DNA of 64,000 nt from a bacterium (GTDB lineage: Bacteria; Patescibacteriota; Microgenomatia; Daviesbacterales; UBA10151): the NCBI GenBank assembly GCA_021786105.1, contig JAJYNW010000026.1, forward strand, positions 1 through 64,000, given 5' to 3'. How positions within the stretch are numbered: the stretch's first letter is position 1; each line of letters begins with the position of its first letter. A model generated the notes under the pieces. The model was not told the DNA's origin, searched no databases, and saw only the letters and a list, made by a program, of their open reading frames with translations. The position numbers were made by a program, and so were the translations under genes. Of the stretch, positions 19,300-29,847 are shown piece by piece.

Positions 19300-20565
19300 A
19301 TGAATAAAATTGGTAATTTTCGGAAATGGATTTTGGGAAGTAAAAAAAGAATTGCCATCTTTGTTATCTTACTTTTGACAGTAGGCTATTTTGGATATAA
19401 AGGCCTGACTGCTAAAGCTGCTGCTCCACAATACCAAACTGCACAAGCTGAAAAAGGTACACTGATAAACTCCGTAACTGCTTCCGGCAACATCACCACT
19501 GCCAACAATGTCTCCGTAACTATCCAAGCCGCCGGAGTGGTAAAGGAAGTATTTGTTAAAAACGGGGACCAAGTCGGCCAGGGGCAAACTTTGGCTACCC
19601 TAACTTTAGACCAAGCTTCCCAGCAAAAACAGGCAGCTGCTTATGCCAGTTACCTGACTGCCAAAAACACTTTGGATGCGGCCAATGCCAAATATAATTC
19701 TTTGCAAAATACTTTATTTACAGACAACCAAAAATTTATCAATGACGCCGTAGCTAGAGGCTTGGCCACCAATGACCCCACCTATATTGAAGAAAATGCC
19801 ACTTGGCTACAAGCCGAGGCTGATTATAAAAACCAGGCCTCTGTTATTTCTGCCAACCAATCATCTTTGACTGCTGCATCTTTAAACTTATCCCAACTTT
19901 CTTCCAACATAACTGCTCCTGTTGCCGGGGAAGTTCGCGGCTTAACCATAGCTCCCGGTTCAATAGTTACGGTTACCAGTTCTTCTTCTAATTCAACTTC
20001 GACTTCGCAGGTTTTAGGATCTATTTTCCAGGAAGGACCAACTCAAGCCCAAGTCAGTATTTCCGAAATTGATGCTCCCAAAGTTACCGAGGGTGATAAA
20101 GTTACCATGACTTTAGATGCTTTTCCGGATGCCACTTTTACCGGAAAGGTAGCCAGTATCAATACCAATGGGGTAGTTTCGTCCGGAGTAACTTCTTACC
20201 CGGCGGTTATTTCTTTCGATGCCGGTAATAAACATATCTACCCCAATATGGCTGTTACGGCCAAAATTATCACCAGCGTCAAAAACGATGTAATACTGGT
20301 TCCGTCTGCAGCAGTTCAAGCCGGGCAAAACGGTCAGATAACTGTACGGGTTTTGAAAAACGGCCAGGTTGAAACTGTCCCGGTAGAAGTTGGTAATACA
20401 AATGATACGCAAACTGGAATTACATCAGGCATAAACGAAGGCGATACAGTAATTACCGGTATCACAAATCCCACTGCAAAAACCGGGTCTTCCGGCGCCA
20501 CCTCACCGTTTGGCAGCAGAGGATTTGGCGGCGGAGGAGTCATCATGAGGGGTGGTGGCCGTTAG
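19300..20565 (+). CDS. MacA-like efflux adaptor subunit
   Basis: Lipoyl-like 'GVVKEVFVKNGDQV', 'ITAPVAG', beta-barrel; in operon with ABC genes. Confidence 0.88.
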   Translation: MNKIGNFRKWILGSKKRIAIFVILLLTVGYFGYKGLTAKAAAPQYQTAQAEKGTLINSVTASGNITTANNVSVTIQAAGVVKEVFVKNGDQVGQGQTLATLTLDQASQQKQAAAYASYLTAKNTLDAANAKYNSLQNTLFTDNQKFINDAVARGLATNDPTYIEENATWLQAEADYKNQASVISANQSSLTAASLNLSQLSSNITAPVAGEVRGLTIAPGSIVTVTSSSSNSTSTSQVLGSIFQEGPTQAQVSISEIDAPKVTEGDKVTMTLDAFPDATFTGKVASINTNGVVSSGVTSYPAVISFDAGNKHIYPNMAVTAKIITSVKNDVILVPSAAVQAGQNGQITVRVLKNGQVETVPVEVGNTNDTQTGITSGINEGDTVITGITNPTAKTGSSGATSPFGSRGFGGGGVIMRGGGR

Positions 20566-20570
20566 TAAAA

Positions 20571-21284
20571 ATGGCAGATGTTATCATCAAGGCTTCCGAT
20601 TTAAAAAAAATTTACCAGTCCGAGTCAGTTGAAACAACTGCTTTGAGCAGTGTTTCCTTTGAGATAAAAAAAGGCGAGTTTGTGGCCATCATGGGACCTT
20701 CCGGCTCAGGAAAGTCCACTTTGATGCATATCTTGGGCGCCCTCGATACGCCAACTTCCGGCAGTTATATCCTGGACGGAGAAGAAGTATCCAAACTATC
20801 AGATGATCAACTAGCAGATATCCGAAACCGTAAGATCGGTTTTATCTTCCAGGCCTTTAATCTATTACCCCGAACCACTGCTCTAAAAAATGTCTGCCTG
20901 CCCATGGTTTATGCCGGAGTTCCCAAAGAGGAGCGACTGGAAAAAGCCAAAAAATATTTGGAAATGGTGGGATTAGGAGACAGGATAGAGCATACTTCAA
21001 ATCAATTGTCGGGCGGACAGCAGCAGCGGGTGGCTATAGCCAGAGGTTTGGTAATGAATCCGGCCATTTTATTGGCAGATGAACCAACCGGCAATATTGC
21101 CTCCAGCCAAGCTGCGGAAATTATGTCCATTTTTCAGGAAATCAATGAAAAGGAAGGCCACACCATTGTCATGATTACCCACGAACCGGATATTGCCGAA
21201 CACGCCAAAAGAATTATTCATGTTAAGGACGGGAAAATAGTTAAAGACAGCGACGGACACAGACAAAGGAAGGCAGGTAAATAA
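20571..21284 (+). CDS. MacB/LolD-type ABC ATP-binding protein
   Basis: Walker A GPSGSGKST, LSGGQQQR, LLADEPTGN. Confidence 0.95.
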   Translation: MADVIIKASDLKKIYQSESVETTALSSVSFEIKKGEFVAIMGPSGSGKSTLMHILGALDTPTSGSYILDGEEVSKLSDDQLADIRNRKIGFIFQAFNLLPRTTALKNVCLPMVYAGVPKEERLEKAKKYLEMVGLGDRIEHTSNQLSGGQQQRVAIARGLVMNPAILLADEPTGNIASSQAAEIMSIFQEINEKEGHTIVMITHEPDIAEHAKRIIHVKDGKIVKDSDGHRQRKAGK

Positions 21285-22507
21285 TGGAATACGCTGAGAT
21301 TATTTCAGAGGCTATCGGAACATTAACCGTTAACAAGCTGAGAACAGGTTTAGCGACTTTGGGAATCATGATTGGAATCGGCAGCGTGATTGCCTTAATT
21401 TCTTTAGGCCAGGCCACTCAACAGTCAATCCAATCACAAATCCAATCTTTAGGCGCCAATTTGTTAACCATTAGTCCGGGCGGCCAAAGGCAAGGTGCAG
21501 TCAGAAGCGCAGCAGGCAGTAATACATCTTTGACTTTAGACGATGCCAACACCATCAAAACCTCACCGCAAATCAATACCATTCAAAATGTTTCACCTGA
21601 GCTTTCCAGAAGGGCTCAAGTTACCACCGGGGGCAATAACACCAACACCCAAATAATCGGCGCTACTGCAGTGTATCCGACGGTTCATAAACTTAATATG
21701 GATTCCGGCAGTTTTATTACTAACCGCGATGTAACAGGCATGACCAAAGTAGCCGTGATCGGACCGCAGGTGATGAGCGATCTCTTCGGAGACGGCGCTG
21801 CCCCCATCGGCCAATCAATTAGGATCAACGGCCAAACCTTAACCGTTATTGGTGTCACCCAATCTAAAGGCGGATCAGGTTTTATGAATCAGGACGATAT
21901 CATCTTCGTGCCGTTATCCACTGCTCAAAAACAGCTTTTTGGAGTAGATTATCTGTCGTCAATTGCTCTCGAGGCGAAAAACTCTGATGTAATGACTGAT
22001 GCCCAAAACCAGGTGGGATATTTACTGCTGTCCCGGCACCATTTAAACGATCCGGCTCAGGCTGACTTTTCTATTTTTTCCCAGCAGGATATTTTAAATA
22101 CTGCCTCCGCCATGACCGGCACCTTTACTTCACTCCTGGCCGGAATTGCCGCTATTTCGCTGCTGGTAGGCGGAATCGGCATTATGAATATCATGCTGGT
22201 AACTGTTACCGAAAGAATCCGGGAAATCGGTTTACGGAAAGCCCTGGGTGCAAAGAAAAAAATCATCATCACCCAGTTTTTAATCGAGGCTACGGTACTT
22301 TGTTTTATTGGCGGAGTAATTGGTATGATATTAGGCGTACTGACTTCGTATCTTATTTCCAGTTTAGCCGGCGTGCCGTTTGTTTTATCCTTCTTTGCCA
22401 TCTTTTTAGCAATTGGAGTTTCAGGTGCAATCGGAATTTTGTTTGGCTGGTATCCAGCCCGACGTGCCGCCAATTTACAACCAATCGAAGCATTAAGATA
22501 CGAATAA
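21284..22507 (+). CDS. MacB/FtsX-type ABC permease
   Basis: 'GIMNIMLVTVTERIREIGLRKALGA', 'PIEALRYE'. Confidence 0.95.
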   Translation: MEYAEIISEAIGTLTVNKLRTGLATLGIMIGIGSVIALISLGQATQQSIQSQIQSLGANLLTISPGGQRQGAVRSAAGSNTSLTLDDANTIKTSPQINTIQNVSPELSRRAQVTTGGNNTNTQIIGATAVYPTVHKLNMDSGSFITNRDVTGMTKVAVIGPQVMSDLFGDGAAPIGQSIRINGQTLTVIGVTQSKGGSGFMNQDDIIFVPLSTAQKQLFGVDYLSSIALEAKNSDVMTDAQNQVGYLLLSRHHLNDPAQADFSIFSQQDILNTASAMTGTFTSLLAGIAAISLLVGGIGIMNIMLVTVTERIREIGLRKALGAKKKIIITQFLIEATVLCFIGGVIGMILGVLTSYLISSLAGVPFVLSFFAIFLAIGVSGAIGILFGWYPARRAANLQPIEALRYE

Positions 22508-22528
22508 TTATAGAAGGAGGTGATCTCA

Positions 22529-22963
22529 ATGAAAAACAATATGATAGCAGTTATCATTATCGCTGCCTTAGTAATGGGCGTGGGGGGATTTTTTGCCGGC
22601 ATGAAATATCAGCAGTCAAAAAGCCCGGCGGGCCGTTTTGCCAACTTCCAGGGCGCTAGAAATAGCAATTTCCAACAAAGGGGCGCAAATATGATAAGCA
22701 GGCAAGGATTTAGACCGGTTAACGGAGAAATCATCAGCTCTGATGACAAAAGCATTACCGTCAAATTATCAGACGGCAGCAGCAAAATAGTTCTCCTGTC
22801 TGATCAAACCAGTATTAATAAATCATCAGCAGGGACAAAGTCAGATCTGAAAAATGGCGAAAAAGTGGCGGTTTTTGGTTCGGATAATTCAGACGGCAGC
22901 GTCACTGCCCAAAATATCCAGCTAAATCCCTACCGGCCACAACCAAACGGATCTCCCAGGTAA
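22529..22963 (+). CDS. DUF5666-like membrane-anchored protein
   Basis: 'GEIISSDDKSITVK..DGSVTAQNIQ'. Confidence 0.65.
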   Translation: MKNNMIAVIIIAALVMGVGGFFAGMKYQQSKSPAGRFANFQGARNSNFQQRGANMISRQGFRPVNGEIISSDDKSITVKLSDGSSKIVLLSDQTSINKSSAGTKSDLKNGEKVAVFGSDNSDGSVTAQNIQLNPYRPQPNGSPR

Positions 22964-23051
22964 AATTGGGTTAGCCGAATATAATCAATTTCTTACTTCG
23001 ATCTAACTCTATTCTTATATGCCGTTGATAGTATAGGGACGTGAGGTGTAT

Positions 23052-23222
23052 ATGCCGCATAACAAAAACCTAAAAGGAGTTGGTTCCAAAGAACAACGGA
23101 TGTACGAACACATTAAAGGGTCCGCGGAAAAATCCGGCAAATACGGAGGACGAGCCAAGGAAGTAGCGGCCAGAACTGTAATGAAACTGCATAAAGAAAA
23201 AGGTCATCAAAGAGGCGATTGA
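23052..23222 (+). CDS. Small basic conserved protein, 56 aa (not in ORF track)
   Basis: MPHNKNLKGVGSKEQRMYEHIKGSAEKSGKYGGRAKEVAARTVMK..; SD GAGGTG. Confidence 0.75.
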   Translation: MPHNKNLKGVGSKEQRMYEHIKGSAEKSGKYGGRAKEVAARTVMKLHKEKGHQRGD

Positions 23223-23253
23223 TCAATTTTAAAAAAGACGGGAGGTGATAAAA

Positions 23254-23547
23254 ATGGCCGATACAAATGGGAAACAGGTAAATCCTGTGGCTGCAGGTTT
23301 AACGGGCGCACTCATCGGAGCAGGGATAGCCTTGGTTACCACCAAAATTCTGACTGACCAGAAAATGAGAGATAAAATCATGGATATGGCATCCGGGGCC
23401 CGGGAAAAAGCAAATATGATATTTCAAGGCAAAATGGAAAAACCAATGGAGAGAGTCAGCCACGAAATAAGCCGGATGAGAGGCAAAAAGAGATCAGCTG
23501 GACGCGGACGCAGTCGTTCAATGGGCAAACCCAGTACCAGAACCTAA
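23254..23547 (+). CDS. YtxH-like small protein
   Basis: 'GALIGAGIAL' then basic tail; SD GGAGGTG. Confidence 0.6.
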   Translation: MADTNGKQVNPVAAGLTGALIGAGIALVTTKILTDQKMRDKIMDMASGAREKANMIFQGKMEKPMERVSHEISRMRGKKRSAGRGRSRSMGKPSTRT

Positions 23548-23594
23548 CAAATTCCTGTTTAAAAACAGAGATTTGTTAAAAGGAGGTGAAAAAA

Positions 23595-23744
23595 ATGGGG
23601 CTTTTGGAGTGGATTGCCGTAATTTTAATTATTGCCTGGCTGGGAGGATTCATTTTGCATATTGCCGGCGGACTTATTCACATACTTTTAGTTTTAGCAA
23701 TAATATTATTTTTAGTTAGATTCATCCGAAGACAAACAGTATAG
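23595..23744 (+). CDS. lmo0937-family small membrane protein, 49 aa (not in ORF track)
   Basis: MGLLEWIAVILIIAWLGGFILHIAGGLIHILLVLAII..; SD AGGAGGTG. Confidence 0.85.
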   Translation: MGLLEWIAVILIIAWLGGFILHIAGGLIHILLVLAIILFLVRFIRRQTV

Positions 23745-23756
23745 TTATCTTAGTAA

Positions 23757-24668
23757 TTAAGGCAAATTAAAATTGATTTGCATGCTATTTAGAATTTGCG
23801 AAATTCTAGCTTGAAGTATTTCAAAAACACTGCGTCTTTTACAAACCTCCTTTAGCTCTAGCAGATCATCATTAGAAATCGCCAGCTTCTGGCTGGTTTT
23901 AGGATACATAATTGCCGCCGGGTTGCTGACATGCTTAATACCTAAGGCATGCCCCAACTCATGAGCAAGGGTGTGAACCAACTCCGGTTTATTGTTATTA
24001 AAATAAATTTCAATTCTGTTTTCCGGGCCTTTAAAAATTCCCTCTTCCGGCCTCTGTTCCAAGGCATTATTCAAAGAATCTACCGTTTGGTTCAACTCAT
24101 CGACTTGGGAATTATAATTATTGGCAGAAATATTCAAATCCCGGGCCATGGCATTGAGTTTGTCTGCCTCAACCTTTAAATCCTGCTGCTCTTTAACTAA
24201 TCTTTGGTACTCATCAGGGGGAGCTCCGCCTTTATTATTCCAATCCTCAACTTCTTTATTAAGATTATCCAGTTTTTGTTTTAATTCTGCCGAAAGCCGT
24301 TGATATTCCTCAAACTTAGGATTCAACGATTGTTTATCAATCTGGACTTTATCCTCCAGCTGATTAACCTGGTTGGTTAAAGATTGTCTTTCGTCGTATG
24401 TTAAATTAATGCTTAAATCGCCCTGCGGATCATAAACAAACAAATTTTTGCCTTCGGCCGTGTTCCAAATCCCGCTAGCCTGATCAATATCCGACAAAAA
24501 AGTTTCCCTTGATAAATCAAACTGGGGATCAACCGTATCTACCCGGTAATGTATCGGTTGATCACAATAAGAAAAAGTAAATAGATTATCTAAAGAAGTA
24601 AGTTTCAAATCGCTTACTGCAACCAAAACCACTATCAAAAGCAGAATACCGGCAATAACTTTCTTCAT
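23757..24668 (-). CDS. Matrixin-like (M10) metalloprotease with coiled-coil insert
   Basis: HELGHALGIKH plus Met-turn 'AIMYP'. Confidence 0.85.
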   Translation of the reverse strand: MKKVIAGILLLIVVLVAVSDLKLTSLDNLFTFSYCDQPIHYRVDTVDPQFDLSRETFLSDIDQASGIWNTAEGKNLFVYDPQGDLSINLTYDERQSLTNQVNQLEDKVQIDKQSLNPKFEEYQRLSAELKQKLDNLNKEVEDWNNKGGAPPDEYQRLVKEQQDLKVEADKLNAMARDLNISANNYNSQVDELNQTVDSLNNALEQRPEEGIFKGPENRIEIYFNNNKPELVHTLAHELGHALGIKHVSNPAAIMYPKTSQKLAISNDDLLELKEVCKRRSVFEILQARISQILNSMQINFNLP

Positions 24669-24798
24669 ATACGAATCTTAAAGAAAAATTGGATCATTAG
24701 TCAAATCTTAGCTCTTTCTTACTTAGCCTTTACCGTAAATTTACTTAAATTTAGAAATTTCGCAGTAATATTGATCCAAACTGGGAGGGGGTGAGAAA

Positions 24799-25449
24799 AT
24801 GGCAAGTGTAGTATTAGGAGTTTTTTCCAACAGAACTGATGCAGAGGATGCTATTTCTGAACTTGAGGCCGAAAGGTATAACCCAAAAGATATTTCCATC
24901 ATGATGAGAGATACTTCTGAAGCCGGCAGAGTGGCTGAGGATACGGGTGCAGGAGAAGTAATGAGCAGCACTTTAGGCGGAGCAGCAGCCGGCGCAGTAA
25001 TCGGCGGCTTAGCAGGTTTAGTAGCGGCATTTGCAATTCCCGGCTTAGGCACTATCTTTATTGGCGGCCCTATTGCCACTGCTTTAGGTTTAACCGGAGC
25101 AGCAGCCACTACCGCCTCAGGCGTAGCCACCGGCATTTTAGCCGGAGGAATCATCGGAGCCTTAACTTCGGCTTTCGGTCTTTCCCGGGAAGATGCCAGG
25201 ATGTATGAAGATAGAATCAAAGAAGGCGGCATCTTAATAGCTGTTCCGACCAGGGAAGGGCACGAAAAAGAAGTCAAAAATATCATGAGTGGCTTTGATG
25301 CCGATAACATCAAAGTAATTGAATCCTATGGACAACCCGGACGAAGAGAAGAACCGGAGTATGCTCCGGCTTATGCAAGCGAAATCAGGCATCGGGGCAG
25401 AAGAGAGCGTGGCAGTTGGAGACGCCGCAGCAGAAAAGAAAGGGTTTGA
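24799..25449 (+). CDS. General stress protein (YflT/DUF1269-like)
   Basis: 'VLGVF..AEDAISEL', glycine zipper, 'YEDRIKEGGILI'. Confidence 0.8.
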   Translation: MASVVLGVFSNRTDAEDAISELEAERYNPKDISIMMRDTSEAGRVAEDTGAGEVMSSTLGGAAAGAVIGGLAGLVAAFAIPGLGTIFIGGPIATALGLTGAAATTASGVATGILAGGIIGALTSAFGLSREDARMYEDRIKEGGILIAVPTREGHEKEVKNIMSGFDADNIKVIESYGQPGRREEPEYAPAYASEIRHRGRRERGSWRRRSRKERV

Positions 25450-25487
25450 AATCAGGCAAATGCCTAAAGAAAGGAGGGTCAAAATAA

Positions 25488-25652
25488 ATGAAGTTTTACA
25501 ATGTTAAAACCAGACAATCGGTAGACGTACCAGATGATCAAGTGACTGTTGTCACGATGAAGAACGGCAGAAAAGCAGCCCAGGCAGAAGTTGGTGGCGT
25601 TAAGATGTTTAGAATCTTGAGCAAGGAAGACGCTGACCGCCTTGCCAAGTAA
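25488..25652 (+). CDS. Small basic protein, 54 aa, DUF5679-like without cysteines (not in ORF track)
   Basis: MKFYNVKTRQSVDVPDDQVTVVTMKNGRKAAQAEVGGVKMFRIL..; SD AAGGAGG. Confidence 0.7.
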   Translation: MKFYNVKTRQSVDVPDDQVTVVTMKNGRKAAQAEVGGVKMFRILSKEDADRLAK

Positions 25653-25713
25653 CATAAAGTGTTGACATTAAGTATACGGCCGTAATATTAATGTGAACAA
25701 TAATAAGCAATGT

Positions 25714-26604
25714 TTAGCTTTCCGCTTGAGGAGGAAGAAAGTACAGATAATTGAGAGATCGAAACCATTCTGAGGCTTGTCTTCTGTCTCCTGGATATAA
25801 TGGTGTTCCACCTGGCTCCTCACCTCTTAAACCTCTTTGCACCTCCTCTGCCACAAATGAATCTTTTTTCAGTTCATCCCCATAAAACTTGGCCCACAAG
25901 CGGGCTAGCAATTGTTCCAGTGACTTCGGAGGTTCCGTTAACGAAAGTCTTTTGCATAAAATCCCAAAAAAATCTTGTCTGCCCGCGCCTAAAATGCGTC
26001 CAAATTCTAATAAATGCCTAACTAGTCCATGCCAATAATGAGCCAAATCGCTTTTATTACCTCTTATTGGTTGTTCGTATTTTCCATCATATACAAATTT
26101 AGGCTGCCCTTGTTCGATTATTAACTTATGATGACCAAACCAGGCGTCTGCCCGCAGTCTGTCCTGTTCAAAACTAGCTAAGTATTGTTCCGCGCTGTCT
26201 GCAAATAAATCTTTTCTTTTCTTAAGGGGCAACGCGGAGAAAAAACCATTATAAGAATTATTTATCGACATCTCCCATCTGATACTGTTAGGCGATTGTA
26301 AAATTAAATTTGCGGCATCTTTGCTGGATTCTGAACGGCTCAAGTTTAGGCCTTGCCAGACTGCTTTTATCCTTTGCTCGCTCGGGTTCAACTGACGGTC
26401 TAAAATCATCTGTTGAAAAAGTGTATAAATATTTGCATTTTCTGCAAAAGAGTCAAAATATCCTTTTACTAACCTCTCTAAAACTGTTTCTACACCTTCA
26501 TAAAACATATTTCCTACCACCGTAATTGCTGGTCTGGGTGGAACCATAAAAGCTGCATGATCGCTGTTTAAAAAATTCCCTTCGAAAAAACTGATATTTT
26601 TCAA
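25714..26604 (-). CDS. Hypothetical protein
   Basis: Long ORF; likely TTG start just after TATACT. Confidence 0.55.
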   Translation of the reverse strand: MKNISFFEGNFLNSDHAAFMVPPRPAITVVGNMFYEGVETVLERLVKGYFDSFAENANIYTLFQQMILDRQLNPSEQRIKAVWQGLNLSRSESSKDAANLILQSPNSIRWEMSINNSYNGFFSALPLKKRKDLFADSAEQYLASFEQDRLRADAWFGHHKLIIEQGQPKFVYDGKYEQPIRGNKSDLAHYWHGLVRHLLEFGRILGAGRQDFFGILCKRLSLTEPPKSLEQLLARLWAKFYGDELKKDSFVAEEVQRGLRGEEPGGTPLYPGDRRQASEWFRSLNYLYFLPPQAES

Positions 26605-26629
26605 CTTATAGTATAAAATAGTGGTGTGT

Positions 26630-27214
26630 CTAGGGTTTCCAGCCCTCGTAGGCGTAATAATTGCCCGAACTCTCCACACAGGCATAAGAGGTATCAGCCC
26701 GCAGATTGGCCGCATGTTCCGGTGAATTAATCCACTGGTTAACTACATCGGAAGAATTGCTATTCATTTCAATATTTTCCGTCACATAACTAAACTTTGG
26801 ATAAGGCAAAGTCTTGCTGTTAATCCGGTTGGTAAAACCATCATGGCTAAAATTTCTGACAATTTCCCCGGCTCTGATTTTGGCAAAATTACAAGTATAG
26901 GGATCTGTTTTGACCGGAGATAAACCCTGAGAACGGCGGTAATTATTGATTTGGTATATATAAGAATTGCCCGTGGTATTGGAAACCGGCAGGGTAGGGG
27001 TAGGGGTCGAAGTTGCGGAAGGCTTTGGGGTTGGCGTTACACTGGGTTTAGCAGTAGGAATCGATGAAGGGGTAGGGAGCGGTTTTGAAGCTGGTCTGGT
27101 GATGAAAAAACTGATCGGATTGGACCAAATTTGAGAGTGATATGACCGGGGCGAAAAATTAAACAACAAATAAAACGGCAAAGAAAAGGCGATGGCTAGG
27201 GCAGAGAAAATCAT
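26630..27214 (-). CDS. CAP/SCP domain protein
   Basis: 'INNYRRSQGL..FSHDGF..ENI..WINSPEHAANL'. Confidence 0.88.
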   Translation of the reverse strand: MIFSALAIAFSLPFYLLFNFSPRSYHSQIWSNPISFFITRPASKPLPTPSSIPTAKPSVTPTPKPSATSTPTPTLPVSNTTGNSYIYQINNYRRSQGLSPVKTDPYTCNFAKIRAGEIVRNFSHDGFTNRINSKTLPYPKFSYVTENIEMNSNSSDVVNQWINSPEHAANLRADTSYACVESSGNYYAYEGWKP

Positions 27215-27264
27215 CGTGAGGTGTGAAATTTAAACCATCTCTTTCCATTTGTCAAATTTTTTGT

Positions 27265-27708
27265 TTAGGGAATAGTTTCTTCAGCTTTATCTTCTGCTTC
27301 TTTCGGATCAATCGGCTTTCTAAGCCGGAAATACCAAGCCGCCAGAAAAGCCACTACGGCATAAACCACCATGGCAAACAGTGTTGACCACTCCAGCGCC
27401 GCGCTACCGACCGGGCTTAATAAGGGAGAAAATAATCCGGAAAAAATAAAAACTAATGGTGTAGAAAACACATTAATTAAAACGCTGAAAAAGCTGTTAG
27501 GATTGGCGCCAAATAACCTCAGGAGAAATCTAATAGCCAAAATAGCTTCTATCACCATAAGGGCATACCAAACGATTTGCCTTTCCCTAATAATTTTTCT
27601 CTTCTTCTCGTAATCCTCTTGGGGAGGTTCTACCTTAATAACAGGTTTTTCTCCTGTTACCGGTTCAATTATAGTCGGCTCTTTCGGAACTAGTGGTTCA
27701 AAGGCCAT
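27265..27708 (-). CDS. YggT-like membrane protein
   Basis: 'RFLLRLFGANP..F..EWSTLFAMVVY'. Confidence 0.75.
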   Translation of the reverse strand: MAFEPLVPKEPTIIEPVTGEKPVIKVEPPQEDYEKKRKIIRERQIVWYALMVIEAILAIRFLLRLFGANPNSFFSVLINVFSTPLVFIFSGLFSPLLSPVGSAALEWSTLFAMVVYAVVAFLAAWYFRLRKPIDPKEAEDKAEETIP

Positions 27709-27856
27709 TTTGGATATTCTATAACCTCAAGGTTAATAGGTTTATTAAGATCCGGTAAGAATATTGCAGGAAATAAATTTCCCATTACTTTAATCTTACC
27801 TTAATCTAACAATCTTCTTACTCAAATATGATTAGATACTGGTGAGATTATCTAAG

Positions 27857-28991
27857 ATGAAAAAAATCTCTGTTAGCTTAATATTTATCTTCGTTTTATT
27901 CTTTTTGCCTTTCACCATCTGGGCCCAAGACAACAACAAAAATGTGATTCTGACAAAAAATGAGATAATTAACAAAGATTACTTTGCCGCAGGCAATAGC
28001 GTTTCATTAGAAGGAACAGTTAACGGGGACGCATATTTGGCCGGAGGAAATATTGTCGTTGACGGTACAATTAACGGAGATTTGATTGCGGCCGGCGGCA
28101 ATATGGATATCAGGGGAACTGTGACCGGTAATATCCGGGCGGCCGGAGGAAATATTAACCTTAACGGGACGGTGGGCAGGAACGTATCGCTGGCCGGCGG
28201 CAGTCTTAGTCTTGCCTCAAATGCCAATATAACCGGTAGTTTAGCAGCGGCAGGCGGAAACCTGGCTGTTTTCAGCCCCGTAGGAAAGGAAGCTAATTTA
28301 GCCGGAGGACAAATTACCCTGGGCAGTCGGATTGGTGCCGATACCAACGCGGTAGTTGACCAGCTCAGCCTTGCCCCACAAGCCACAATTAGTGGTAATT
28401 TAACTTATTGGAGCAGAAATAAAGCCTCAATTTCCGAAAGTGCCACCGTTTCCGGTAGAATTATTCAAAATATCCCCAAAGGAGAACAGCCGCAAGAAAC
28501 TGAAAAAAAAGGAGTGAGCAGTGTAATTAGCTTTTTCAGAATTGTCAATTTTATTGGGGCGGCAATTATTGGTATTCTACTGCTAATATTTATGCCAATT
28601 TATTTCGACCGGACTACCGAGTACATTATGAAAAGACCGTGGGCTAGCTTGGGAATTGGCTTTTTAACTGCCATAGTTTTTCCTTTTGCTGCTAATTACC
28701 CTAATTGGTATCCCAATCGCCTTTGTCTTAGCCTTTACTTTGGGACTTATCTTATATCTTTCTACAATATTTGTTTCATTTGTCATCGGGCTGTTAATTT
28801 TGCAACGGTTTAATAACCAAACCGGTAAAATCTGGGTCTTTTTGCTGGGTTTAATTTTTTATTCAATACTTACACTAATCCCCATATTAGGCTGGCTGGT
28901 TTCAGCTGTGGCGGCCCTGATTGGCACAGGAGCAATTTTGATGGAGGAAAAAGATTTCTATCTGAATCTTCGCGGGAAAAAACTTATTTAA
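27857..28991 (+). pseudogene. Polymer-forming cytoskeletal (bactofilin-like beta-helix) membrane protein, frameshifted near 28,690
   Basis: GD/GN-x-x-AAGG repeats; TM C-terminus continues in ORF 28686..28991. Confidence 0.75.
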
Positions 28992-29485
28992 CTAAAAACT
29001 ACTAAAAATAAAGCTATAAAAATAGTCAGCACTTGCCAGATATCACGCAGGCCTAAAAGCAAACCCTCATCACCCTCATTATGCCAATGCAAGCCGCCAT
29101 GGAAATTCATTTCTGCTTTTAATAAACTTCTGGCTTTAATAATCCCGGCAAAAGCTAAACCATCGACTACATCAGGCAACTGGGAACTGCCAATACCAAA
29201 CATAATATAAAACAATTTCTCGCTTAAACCGGTTTTCAAATAAGTTATACCTAATATCAAAGCTATCGGCAAAGACAGATCAAAAACAATCACCGGGATG
29301 ACGTATTTCTTAAATTTATCCATCTTGAAAAAATGCCCATGAGGTACAGCATCCATCAAATAATGAAATGCCACGCCAGTAGCGCCTGTGACGATTAATC
29401 CGGTTGTTAAATCACCATGTCCCAAATAGCTATAGGCAGCACTTCCCACAATCACTCCCACTGCCGTATGTCCGAAGGCTATCAT
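28988..29485 (-). CDS. Membrane-bound metal-dependent hydrolase-like protein
   Basis: 'GHTAVG', 'HYLMDAVPH', 'LPD', 'LHWH'. Confidence 0.6.
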   Translation of the reverse strand: MIAFGHTAVGVIVGSAAYSYLGHGDLTTGLIVTGATGVAFHYLMDAVPHGHFFKMDKFKKYVIPVIVFDLSLPIALILGITYLKTGLSEKLFYIMFGIGSSQLPDVVDGLAFAGIIKARSLLKAEMNFHGGLHWHNEGDEGLLLGLRDIWQVLTIFIALFLVVFS

Positions 29486-29519
29486 AAATTAATTATACCC
29501 AATAGAGCTGAAAAGCTTC

Positions 29520-29738
29520 CTACAGTTTTAGGAACTCCAGTAGTTTATATACTAAAATGGCGGGCCAGACAAGGGCTTTTAGCAAACCAAATGCCCCTTG
29601 CCAAAACGAAGTGGCATGCTGGATAAAATAAACCGCTGCACCAATAATTCCTAATCCATAGATTGCATCTGGTCCACCTCCACTAACACCTCTTTTCCAG
29701 CGGGATTTCTGCATTGATGAATTTTCGTTATCTGCCAT
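29520..29738 (-). CDS. Small membrane protein
   Basis: 'AIYGLGIIGAAVYFI..LKALVWPA'. Confidence 0.7.
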   Translation of the reverse strand: MADNENSSMQKSRWKRGVSGGGPDAIYGLGIIGAAVYFIQHATSFWQGAFGLLKALVWPAILVYKLLEFLKL

Positions 29739-29797
29739 AAATATATTAAAGCACATTAGGATAAGTAAAAACAGTAACCTTTGTCACTTATTTCATA

Positions 29798-29844
29798 TTG
29801 ACAGATGCAATAGACTTGCATATACTAGTCGCAACAATCTTGCA
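29798..29844 (+). promoter_or_regulatory. Sigma70 promoter with two Fur/Zur-type boxes
   Basis: TTGACA-17-TATACT; TGCAA-N5-TTGCA (29806-29820) and CGCAA-N5-TTGCA (29830-29844). Confidence 0.75.
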
Positions 29845-29847
29845 TTT

